From a virus: a stretch of DNA of 41,421 nucleotides. The position numbers were made by a program, and so were the translations under genes. The notes below the pieces were generated by a model. The model saw only the letters and a program-made list of their open reading frames with translations. It was not told the origin of the DNA and searched no databases. Of this stretch, positions 24,104 through 31,734 are shown piece after piece. Numbering within the stretch: position 1 is the first letter of the stretch; the number at the start of each line of letters is the position of its first letter. Where the stretch lies: IMG/VR virus record IMGVR_UViG_3300043932_000066, one strand, 5' to 3'.

Positions 24104-24757
24104 ATGGCCGCGCTGGGCCGTAGAATTGGGCGCATGGCCCATCGACTCACTGCCGCGCTGGCGGCCGCCCTGCTCGCCGTCGGACTCTCCGCGTGTGGGG
24201 GAGGAGGCGATCAGTCGGCCGATGTGGCCGCGGTCCCAGACGTCGTCGGCATGACTGCCTCTGACGCCCAGACCGAGCTTCTGAGCGCCGGATACACGGC
24301 GACCGTCACCGACGAGGACGGGAAGATCAGCGTCGACTCGACGCTGACTGTGCTCAGCCAGGACCCGGCCGCCGGCGCTGAGGTGAAGCCGTACAGTGGC
24401 ACGCCCGTGAAGCTCACCGTCCCCACGACCGACAAACCCACTCCGACGCCGGCCGCGACCGAGACGGCGGAGCCTGCGCCGTCTCGGACCGAGCAGGCGA
24501 CGACCGGAGGACTCACGGAGACCTATGCCATGACCGCCTGCGACCAGTACGGGGAGCAGCAGTTCCCCTACGGGTACGACGCGCACTGGGTCCTCGGAGT
24601 GCTCGCCAGCGAATACCAGCCGGACACGGACGAGTGGTACTTCAAGGTCGAGGCCGACGTCACCAACGAGTACAACGCCGAGCAGACCGTCAACGTGGAG
24701 TGCTACGTGACCGGCACCGAAGATGCGCCCGTCGTGAACGACTTCCTCGCCTACTGA
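24104..24757 (+). CDS. Secreted lipoprotein with a PASTA domain (reverse-oriented moron)
   Basis: Signal peptide plus lipobox ...LLAVGLSAC. PASTA-like VPDVVGMTASDAQTELLSAGYTATV...SQDPAAGAEVKPYSGTPVKLTV. An alternative ATG lies at 24134. High GC3. Confidence 0.75.
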   Translation: MAALGRRIGRMAHRLTAALAAALLAVGLSACGGGGDQSADVAAVPDVVGMTASDAQTELLSAGYTATVTDEDGKISVDSTLTVLSQDPAAGAEVKPYSGTPVKLTVPTTDKPTPTPAATETAEPAPSRTEQATTGGLTETYAMTACDQYGEQQFPYGYDAHWVLGVLASEYQPDTDEWYFKVEADVTNEYNAEQTVNVECYVTGTEDAPVVNDFLAY

Positions 24758-25472
24758 TCGGCTGGGACGCGGGGGAGCGCCAGGCGGCGGCGGACCTCAT
24801 CCACCGGCATTGAGACGACTTCGGACTTCGCGCCGTACCCGGTGATGCCGGGGCGCGGGATCGGTTTGGGCCGCGGGGACGCGCTCCTCCGGCCCCTGTT
24901 CCCGCGTTGCCAGTTCGCCACGTTCAGGGCATCCACCTCGGCCGCCAGGAGCTGGTTCACGATCATGCCCCACTGCCAGTCCGGGACGAGCCTCCGGTGC
25001 GTCCACGACTCTGGCTGGCGGATCATCGCCGCACACCATGCGGCCGCCAGGCTCATCGGCACGTCGTGGACGTCCGGCACGCCGTAGAACCGCTGGAAGT
25101 CCGCACTCAGCTCGTCGGGCGCCTCACGCATGCACCCGACGAGCGTGATCAGTTTGGGGAGTCCTCCGACAGGGCCTCCATCGCCTGTTCGAGGTAGCTG
25201 CCCATCTTCTCGGCGGACACGATCCCGTTGTCCCCGCGAGCCTTCGCGCGGAACCGATCGTAGGACGCGCCGAAGAGCCGGCGCATCACGCGGATCGCGG
25301 CCGCCGTGTTCCCGTCCTGCGCCTCGGCCATGTCCACACCGAGATCCCAGTCGTCATCGATGTCGGTCGGGAACACGATCTTGATGCCGTCGATCGTCAC
25401 GCCCTTCTCGGCGCCGGCCTTCGGCTTGTGGTCCTGTGGAATCTTCCTCGGCGTCACGCTCTTTGTGGCCAT
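24751..25472 (-). CDS. Tail assembly chaperone G-T fusion made by a -1 programmed frameshift at 25152-25158
   Basis: The T frame (ORF 24751..25131) stays open upstream through the end of the G ORF and lies in the -1 frame relative to G. Confidence 0.7.
25110..25158 (-). promoter_or_regulatory. -1 frameshift signal: slippery heptamer C CCA AAC plus a 13-bp stem-loop 7 nt downstream
   Basis: Minus strand: tcC CCA AAC tga (25158-25152), spacer tgatcac, then stem gctcgtcgggtgc / gcgcccgacgagc (25144-25110) with a 9-nt loop. Confidence 0.7.
25149..25472 (-). CDS. Tail assembly chaperone (gpG analogue)
   Basis: 107 aa, acidic. Between the major tail protein and TMP genes. Ends 3 nt after the slippery heptamer. 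Confidence 0.8.
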   Translation of the reverse strand: MATKSVTPRKIPQDHKPKAGAEKGVTIDGIKIVFPTDIDDDWDLGVDMAEAQDGNTAAAIRVMRRLFGASYDRFRAKARGDNGIVSAEKMGSYLEQAMEALSEDSPN

Positions 25473-25521
25473 GCCATGCCCCTATCTATCGTCGTTTCGC
25501 CATGCCACTGTGTAGGTGTTG

Positions 25522-25564
25522 CACCCGGGGCGGGCGGGCATGGCGTCGACTCCCGCCCCGGGTG
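25522..25564 (-). terminator. 13-bp perfect hairpin directly after the major tail protein gene (attenuator/terminator)
   Basis: cacccggggcggg ...17 nt... cccgccccgggtg. It starts 4 nt past the stop on the minus strand. No U-tract. Confidence 0.55.
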
Positions 25565-25568
25565 GTCA

Positions 25569-26135
25569 TCAGGAGCCAGACTGGATGCTGGCGATGTACT
25601 CGTACGCCGTGTTCCCCTCGGCGTCCGGGTAGGCGACGAGGGTCGTCTCATAGCCGATCGGATCACCGTCCGTGTACGACACGTCCGCGACCTCGCTCAC
25701 CTGCCCGTCCGGGACGACGATCCGCTTCACGCGGTCGCCCGTCAGCAGGATCTCGAACACGTAGAGGCGGTGAGGAAGCTCCGCGGAGGAGTGCTTGATC
25801 GTCAGGCCCGTCTCCAAGGTTCCCGACACGGCGTCCTGCCCGTACGCCTCCTTCAGGACGTTCACGTTCAGCGCCTCGATCAGCGTGTACTTGAACGACT
25901 CCTTGCGGGACGTGCGGACGCTGAGGACGACGTCCCCGCCCCAAGCCTTGATGTCGTTGCTGTCCGTCTCGATGCTGTTGACCAGCCCCGAGTCGTTCGC
26001 GTAGCCCAGCTCTCCGAACGCTGCCGCCAGCGCGGTTGTCGCGTCAGTCGGGGCCGTGGTCCCGGAGACTGCCGAGAAGATTGCGCCCGCCGCGACGGGC
26101 TTGCCCACCGACACGTTGCTTGCAGTGCCGCTCAT
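25569..26135 (-). CDS. Major tail (tube) protein
   Basis: 188 aa from the ATG at 26135 (TTGGAGGGAAAC upstream). Upstream of the chaperones. Beta-rich composition. Confidence 0.8.
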   Translation of the reverse strand: MSGTASNVSVGKPVAAGAIFSAVSGTTAPTDATTALAAAFGELGYANDSGLVNSIETDSNDIKAWGGDVVLSVRTSRKESFKYTLIEALNVNVLKEAYGQDAVSGTLETGLTIKHSSAELPHRLYVFEILLTGDRVKRIVVPDGQVSEVADVSYTDGDPIGYETTLVAYPDAEGNTAYEYIASIQSGS

Positions 26136-26189
26136 GTTTCCCTCCAAGGAGATGCCATGCCCCTTTGTGGAGGTGACCGCCCGTCGCGG

Positions 26190-26567
26190 TCAGATCATCA
26201 GCACGCCGGTGACGACGAGCTGCGTCCTCTCCTGCCCCGAATCCGGGTCAGGGAAGTGATACGAGGTGGTCACGTCGACCGACGCCACGCGCCCGTCGAG
26301 AGCCACCCTGCGGATGATGACGTCGGCCACCATGTCCGCCATGTCGGCCGCGTCCGAGCGCGCGGACCGAGTGCCGTGGGCCGCACCCCAGCACTGGACC
26401 GCCCACGTCGGATGATCCATGATCCGGTCACGCTGCCCACCCGTGCGCTCCACGGTCACGAACCGCGCAGGTCGAGTGGCGGGGACCGCGCCGTACGCCG
26501 TCACTCCGTCCGCGACGAGTTCCGGCGCCGCGTTCAGCAGGCCGATGAGAATGGACTCAGAGCTCAT
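26190..26567 (-). CDS. Tail terminator / tail completion protein
   Basis: 125 aa immediately upstream of the major tail gene. Called by synteny. Confidence 0.6.
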   Translation of the reverse strand: MSSESILIGLLNAAPELVADGVTAYGAVPATRPARFVTVERTGGQRDRIMDHPTWAVQCWGAAHGTRSARSDAADMADMVADVIIRRVALDGRVASVDVTTSYHFPDPDSGQERTQLVVTGVLMI

Positions 26568-26570
26568 TCG

Positions 26571-26795
26571 TCAGCCTCCCTGCGCCGCCTTCAGGAGCGT
26601 GTTATTCCGCGCGTTGTCGACGCGCGCCTCGTACGTGGTCGCGCGGACCGCACCGTGCGGGCGGTCCGTCCAGATCACGTCCCCCACGTAGCCGTCGCCG
26701 GCGCGTGCGGCAATCTCCTGCGTCTTCTGCTCAATCGCGTCCTCAGTGAGTCGCGCGATCGCCTCGTAGTCGAGGTCCAGGCGTACATTCGCCAC
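26571..26795 (-). CDS. Neck protein (HK97 gp10-like position), 74 aa
   Basis: MANVRLDLDYEAIARLTEDAIEQKTQEIAARAGDGYVGDV.... Called by synteny only. Confidence 0.5.
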   Translation of the reverse strand: MANVRLDLDYEAIARLTEDAIEQKTQEIAARAGDGYVGDVIWTDRPHGAVRATTYEARVDNARNNTLLKAAQGG

Positions 26796-26798
26796 GGG

Positions 26799-27164
26799 TC
26801 AGCCCTCCGTGTTCTTCAGGTAGCAGGGCCGGTTCCACGCGCCCGGCGTGTTCGCCGCCGTGTACGGCTGAGGGTCGCCCACGACCTCGTACGTCGTGCC
26901 GCGCACCTCGACGCGCTTCCCACGCAGCGATGCCGTGTAGGTCTTCGGCCAGTGCAAGGCGAGCACGACCTCGACACCCTCAGGCCGTGTGGACCCGTCC
27001 AGGTCGTCCGTGGACGACGGGCCGACAAGAACGTTGCCCACCGTCTGCTCAGGCGCCCACGCGTAGATCGGCGTGTTCATGTCGTCGCGCCCTACCTCCG
27101 CGTACGCGAGGACCGTCACCGTCTCACCCGAGATGACCGAGGGGAACGCGCCGAGATCCATCAC
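26799..27164 (-). CDS. Head closure / head-tail adaptor protein
   Basis: 121 aa, ending ...GKRVEVRGTTYEVVGDPQPY, which is typical of head-tail joining proteins. Synteny agrees. Confidence 0.6.
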   Translation of the reverse strand: MMDLGAFPSVISGETVTVLAYAEVGRDDMNTPIYAWAPEQTVGNVLVGPSSTDDLDGSTRPEGVEVVLALHWPKTYTASLRGKRVEVRGTTYEVVGDPQPYTAANTPGAWNRPCYLKNTEG

Positions 27165-27565
27165 GCCCCCCGATTCGCGAGCAGGTCAACCTCGAACGCG
27201 CGCTGCCCAGGGATGCCGAGCCGCTTCCTATGAACCTTCGTGAAGGACAAGGACCCGACCGCGCTCGCGTACTTCAGGGTCGCCTGATATGGCCCGGCGC
27301 CCTGCTGCACGCTCTCCACGCCGACATCCGGCCCCGCCTGCGCGTAGGCCACCATGTCGCACACGACGTCCGCCACGAGGTCCGCGTCGACGCGGCCACT
27401 GGCGATCCACTCGTCAATGTCCACGCCCGCGTTCTTGCATTCGGCGCGCACGATCCTCGACGCCCGCGCCAGCAAGGAAGGCAGACCATCGAACGCAGGG
27501 CCGAACCCGCCCTCCGTGTAGTGCGTCGGGTCAGCCAACGGCTCCAGGACGTCAGCCATGGTCAC
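27161..27565 (-). CDS. Head-tail connector (gp6-like) protein
   Basis: 134 aa. Position after the capsid gene. Overlapping start/stop junctions on both sides. Confidence 0.6.
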   Translation of the reverse strand: MTMADVLEPLADPTHYTEGGFGPAFDGLPSLLARASRIVRAECKNAGVDIDEWIASGRVDADLVADVVCDMVAYAQAGPDVGVESVQQGAGPYQATLKYASAVGSLSFTKVHRKRLGIPGQRAFEVDLLANRGA

Positions 27566-27801
27566 GCCTCCTTCACGGGAGCCTTCCGACGCGGCGAGCG
27601 CTTCGGCTTCGAAGGGTCTTCGCCAGTCTCGATGGGCTCGATGTCGCCAGTGTCGACGTCGGGGACGATGACCCCCATGTCGGCAGGCAGGCGCCGCAGA
27701 AGCTCAGCCGTCTCCTCGTCGACCTCGGCCACGCCATCCACGAACTGGACTCGCGGCGCCAAGACCAGCAAACCCGGATACTTCGATGACTCGATACGCA
27801 T
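27562..27801 (-). CDS. Hypothetical head-module protein (~79 aa)
   Basis: GGAGGAC, then ATGATG. Reads MRIESSKYPGLLVLAPRVQFVDGVAEVDEETAELLRRLP.... Basic C-terminal tail. Confidence 0.55.
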   Translation of the reverse strand: MRIESSKYPGLLVLAPRVQFVDGVAEVDEETAELLRRLPADMGVIVPDVDTGDIEPIETGEDPSKPKRSPRRKAPVKEA

Positions 27802-27823
27802 CATGTCCTCCAATGGTTGGGTG

Positions 27824-27855
27824 CCGGGGGCGCAGCGCGACGGCCACGCCCCCGG
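27824..27855 (-). terminator. 9-bp GC hairpin directly after the major capsid gene
   Basis: ccgggggcg ...14 nt... cgcccccgg, lying between the MCP stop (27863) and the next start. Confidence 0.5.
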
Positions 27856-27862
27856 AGGTAGG

Positions 27863-28837
27863 TCACGGCGTAGGAGTCGCCACGGTCAAGACGCCGTGCT
27901 TCCACTCCGCCCCGTACTTGAGCCCGATCTCCCCGTACAGCTGCGACTTCTCAGACGCGCCCGTCTTCGCCAGCGGCTCCGCGAAGAAGTGCCCCTTGCC
28001 GGGGATCTCCAGGAACCGCGGGGCGAGCTCTTCCAGTGACACGACCGCCATCTTCGTGGCGGGCATGTAGCGGTCGAGCATGATGTTCGCCCGCCCGAAA
28101 TCCGTCTCGAACGTCTGGAGGTTCACACCGCCGACATTCCGAGTGGACTCCTCGTAATTCGCGTCCTTGATGAAGATCCGCGTCAGCGCGCGCTTGAGTG
28201 CGGCGTTCACGATGACCGTGCGGGTCTCGGACTCCTGGATGCCGTTGTTCTCCCACACCGTCTGGAACAGGTCCAGGATCTCGTCCTCCGTGAGGGTTTC
28301 GGCGGTGTTCGTGGAGGTCGCCACGTTCGTGGTGATGGCCTCCAGCAGGCCACGCGTCTTGCGAGGCGCCGTGTTGTCGGTCGGCAGCGCGTACGTGCCC
28401 GTGATGAACGTCTTCTCCACGTCGCGGGCGATCTGCTTGAGCTGCTGGGCGATCTGCCACGCAGCCTCCGACTGGACGTTCGACGCCCCACCAGTCGGCA
28501 CGTTCGCCACACCGTCGGTCGCACGCTCTCCGGTCGCCGCGAGCTTCGTGTACGACACAGACACGGACTCCTGGTGGATCTCCACCACGTTGGACGCGTT
28601 GTACCGCTTCCGCTGCTCAGCCTCGGGCGCGTCCGCGCCCTCCAAGCGTTGCCGACCATCGTCGGCTTCGCGCAGGTCGTAGCCGCTCCACTCGAACATG
28701 CGGGCCTTGACGGACTCGCCGCCCGTCAGGCCGCCGATCGCGGACAGTAGCGGAGTGTCCTCAGGGGACGCGCCGATCAGCGGCCCCACGTAATTGGGCA
28801 GATTGTAAGTCGTGCCCATTCCAGTGATTCCAGGCAT
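27863..28837 (-). CDS. Major capsid protein (HK97-fold type)
   Basis: 324 aa following a scaffold gene. MPGITGMGTTYNLPNYVGPLI...MFEWSGYDL is typical of the actinophage MCP family (DUF5309-like, as I recall it). Confidence 0.85.
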   Translation of the reverse strand: MPGITGMGTTYNLPNYVGPLIGASPEDTPLLSAIGGLTGGESVKARMFEWSGYDLREADDGRQRLEGADAPEAEQRKRYNASNVVEIHQESVSVSYTKLAATGERATDGVANVPTGGASNVQSEAAWQIAQQLKQIARDVEKTFITGTYALPTDNTAPRKTRGLLEAITTNVATSTNTAETLTEDEILDLFQTVWENNGIQESETRTVIVNAALKRALTRIFIKDANYEESTRNVGGVNLQTFETDFGRANIMLDRYMPATKMAVVSLEELAPRFLEIPGKGHFFAEPLAKTGASEKSQLYGEIGLKYGAEWKHGVLTVATPTP

Positions 28838-28854
28838 GGAATACCCCTATCTCC

Positions 28855-29442
28855 TCATCGCTTCGAGGCCGAGATCTCGGCCAGTTTCTGTGCATTGAGC
28901 TGATTCACCAGCGCCCAGTCCTGCTTCTCGGTCGCCACCTTGATCTGGGCGTCCAGAGTCGCGGGCCCCGGGTTCTCGGGCTGATTGCCGAGCTGTGGGA
29001 CTACGCCAGACGGCGACCCCTTATCGGAGTCATTCGCCTGCGACTCTCCCCGCCACTTGGCGAGTGCGTCCGCGAACGCCTCCGGGTCATCGCCAGGGCC
29101 GGACAGCAGTTCAACGGGAACGCCCGTCTTTGCTGCCGCCTCAGCGACCGCCCGGGCCGCCTTCTCCGCCGCGAGCTCGCGCTGTGCAGCAGCGAGCGCA
29201 TCCGCCTGCTTCTGGGCCTCGGTCTTCTGGGACTCCTCGATCTCATGGAGTCGATCGGCGGCGTCCTTGTTGGCCTTCGCCCTCTGCTCCCACTTCCGGG
29301 CCTGTGCCTTCCAGTCCGTCTGGTCCTCCTGTGCGGGAGGCTCCGGGGCTGGGGTCTTCGGCTCGATCTTGATCGAGGCGTCTTCCACGGACGTGCCCTC
29401 AGTGGGGGTGGTGTTCTCGGCTGGCGTGCTGATGGTGCTCAT
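28855..29442 (-). CDS. Scaffolding protein
   Basis: Ala/Glu/Lys/Gln-rich coiled coil (KAQARKWEQRAKANKDAADRLHEIEESQKTEAQKQADALAAAQRELAAEKAARA). Immediately upstream of the MCP. Confidence 0.75.
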   Translation of the reverse strand: MSTISTPAENTTPTEGTSVEDASIKIEPKTPAPEPPAQEDQTDWKAQARKWEQRAKANKDAADRLHEIEESQKTEAQKQADALAAAQRELAAEKAARAVAEAAAKTGVPVELLSGPGDDPEAFADALAKWRGESQANDSDKGSPSGVVPQLGNQPENPGPATLDAQIKVATEKQDWALVNQLNAQKLAEISASKR

Positions 29443-29531
29443 TGCAGTGTTTCCTTCCATGCGGAATCACTCAGATGCCCGGGAGGGCAACTGAGCGCGG
29501 TTGATGCCCACGCTGTGCGGCAGTGGGAGAC

Positions 29532-30314
29532 TTAGGCGGCCGCCTTCATAAGGTCAGCGCGCATTTCGTCGAGTAGGTCGGTGTTGTTCGTCAGCCACCG
29601 GTTCACGTCGTCACGGTGGTTGTCCAGGACGCGCTGCGCCTGCCTCTGTTTCTTCGGATCAGACGGGTCAGCGGCGCGTGCGCGCACCTTCTCCATCCGG
29701 TCCGATGCCCGGTAGGCCATGGCCGGAACCTCACGCGCCGACGGATCCCACGACGGGACCGCCGTACACCGGCAATGACCGTGCGCCGCGAACGTCGCCG
29801 TCTTCTCCGACCGGTACACGCCCCCGCGATCAGCGAGCATCAGGCAGAAATCGCAGGACCGTGCGTGGGCGATCCGCTGCCACCCATACCCCTGCGGATC
29901 CGCCGCCGCGCTCGACGTGATCGTGTCCCGCCCGGGGAGCAGCACAGCGCGGACCAGTAGGCCGGTCAGCAGCTCCAGGACACCGGATGTCTCGCCAGTC
30001 CACAGGCCGCCGACAAGAGCACGCGTCGACGACTGGACCGCCGTGGTCGATGCCGCGTCTGCCGGGCGCGCACTGAAGCTGCCCGGCACGCGCTCCGTGG
30101 ACCGCATGTCGTCGTACCACTCCGCCGCCAGCGCGGCGTTCGCGTCACCCCATGTCTGAGCGAGCGCAGGAACGAACTCCAGAAGTCCATCACGCGCCGA
30201 CTCTGGGCGCGCCAGGTCCAGCGCGTCGAAGTACGTGGCGAGGTCGTCAGTCGCCAGACTCGCCAGCCGATTGCTGTTCGCCCTGAACTCCTGCGCTGCC
30301 ACCATCGACACCAT
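29532..30314 (-). CDS. MuF/SPP1 gp7-like minor head morphogenesis protein
   Basis: SCDFC ... HGHCRCT zinc-type motif characteristic of Phage_Mu_F. Downstream of the portal. AGGAGG lies 10 nt before the ATG at 30314. Confidence 0.8.
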   Translation of the reverse strand: MVSMVAAQEFRANSNRLASLATDDLATYFDALDLARPESARDGLLEFVPALAQTWGDANAALAAEWYDDMRSTERVPGSFSARPADAASTTAVQSSTRALVGGLWTGETSGVLELLTGLLVRAVLLPGRDTITSSAAADPQGYGWQRIAHARSCDFCLMLADRGGVYRSEKTATFAAHGHCRCTAVPSWDPSAREVPAMAYRASDRMEKVRARAADPSDPKKQRQAQRVLDNHRDDVNRWLTNNTDLLDEMRADLMKAAA

Positions 30315-31734
30315 CAGTCGACACCTCCTGACGCTGGCGAGCCGACGACAGGGCCTCACGAACCGTCTGCGCCGCCGACGCCACCTTGATCTGGGCGCGA
30401 ATACGGCGGATCTGCTCGTCTGTGTAGCCCAGCTCCTCCAACGCCACGTCTGTCTGCGCCAGGTCGGGGATTGCAGAGATCTGCTTCACCATCGCGTCCG
30501 ACTGAGACACGACACTCGGCATCGACGGGTTCCGCCACTTTGTCGATAGCCCAGCCAGCTCCTCGGGAACCTCAACCAGTCCGTCGCGCAGCATCACGAC
30601 GTTCTGATACACGCGGTTCAGCGCGTACCCGTTGACGCGGTTCGCGTTCTGAGCCTCAATGACGAGCTCCTCCTTCGCCGCGTAGATTGCCTCCGCACTC
30701 GATGGATTGTCCTGCACAATTCCAAGCTGGGAGATCGGAATTGACGTCACGCCCGAGAACTCCGCCGCCAGGGCGCGCATCCTCTCAGTAAACGGCTGGG
30801 ACGACTGCTGGGGGAGCGCCGTCACCTCCGGAACCAATCCCTCCTCGTCACGAGACACGCCCTTGATCGCAGCCATCTTCCACGTCCAGGACTTCGACAG
30901 GTCATCGAACGCCTCCTTGGTGATCCCGCGCAGCAGCAGGCCAGGCGTCGTGAACAACTCGTCTGCAACGTCGCCGCGCAGCATCGAACGGATCGCCCTG
31001 TCCGTGATGTTCATGACCGGCCGAGAGATACGCGACCTGCCGAATGGGCGATCCAGCGCCGGCCGAAACGGCAGAACCTCCATCGGCACACGCTTCAACT
31101 GGTGGTCCACAACCGAACTCTGTACCCACCCGTCACCGACGTCGCGCAGCTCGATCACCGCATCGCGCGTCAGCATCGTCAGACGTGTAGGCCGCCCATA
31201 GTCATCCACTTCGTCAATCGTCATGGCGAACGACACGGACCGTGTCCGGCGATCCCACAAGGCCGTCGCCCACTCCGCCGAATGCGGCATCACAACCACC
31301 GGAGGCTCGCCGGCGGACTCATCCCCGAGAGTCGTCGATACGAAGACGCACGAGTGCGTCATCTCTGAAGCGATCGCCTGCTCGACCTCAACGTCAAACC
31401 TGTTCGCGCGCAGGATCTCGCTCAACTCAAACGGGTCATCAGACCCGCCCGGAGCCGTCACACCGTCCCACTGGCACAGATTCGCCAGACTGTAGACGGC
31501 CTTTTCCGGCCACCCGCACACCATGTCCAATAGGTCAGCGATCTCATCAGACACGGAGATGTCAAGGTTCTTCACCAGGACGCGCGAATCGAGGTATGCC
31601 TGACGCAGGATATTGCGCGGACGCTTCCGCGACCACACTTCCACCAGCTTGTTCAGCTCATCCTGATGCGCGAACTTTGGAATCTGCGGCGCAGCGAACA
31701 TCAGCGGCGACGACATGAGTCCAGATTGAGTCAT
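30247..31734 (-). CDS. Portal protein
   Basis: 495 aa from the ATG at 31734 (AGGAGGTGATGGC, ATGA overlap with the TerL stop). Size and position are typical. The ORF-track N-terminal extension is junk. Confidence 0.9.
   Translation of the reverse strand: MTQSGLMSSPLMFAAPQIPKFAHQDELNKLVEVWSRKRPRNILRQAYLDSRVLVKNLDISVSDEIADLLDMVCGWPEKAVYSLANLCQWDGVTAPGGSDDPFELSEILRANRFDVEVEQAIASEMTHSCVFVSTTLGDESAGEPPVVVMPHSAEWATALWDRRTRSVSFAMTIDEVDDYGRPTRLTMLTRDAVIELRDVGDGWVQSSVVDHQLKRVPMEVLPFRPALDRPFGRSRISRPVMNITDRAIRSMLRGDVADELFTTPGLLLRGITKEAFDDLSKSWTWKMAAIKGVSRDEEGLVPEVTALPQQSSQPFTERMRALAAEFSGVTSIPISQLGIVQDNPSSAEAIYAAKEELVIEAQNANRVNGYALNRVYQNVVMLRDGLVEVPEELAGLSTKWRNPSMPSVVSQSDAMVKQISAIPDLAQTDVALEELGYTDEQIRRIRAQIKVASAAQTVREALSSARQRQEVSTDGVDGGSAGVQGEQQSAGESGD

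Noticed and set aside
24083-24586. 167-aa minus-strand ORF antisense to the lipoprotein gene
   Set aside because: It is an Arg/Gly-rich shadow frame. The plus frame has a signal peptide, lipobox and PASTA-like repeat with high GC3.
25470-26170. Shared 12-mer AGGGGCATGGCAT (minus strand) upstream of the chaperone and major tail genes, considered as a second start-associated motif
   Set aside because: Only two copies were found by eye, at different distances from the start codons. That is insufficient to distinguish from chance or a shared RBS context.
25428-27233. 601-aa plus-strand ORF, the longest ORF on that strand
   Set aside because: The translation is extremely Arg/His/Pro/Val-rich with no motifs. 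It lies antisense to six well-formed head-tail and tail genes. This is a typical shadow ORF of a high-GC genome, where antisense frames lack stop codons.
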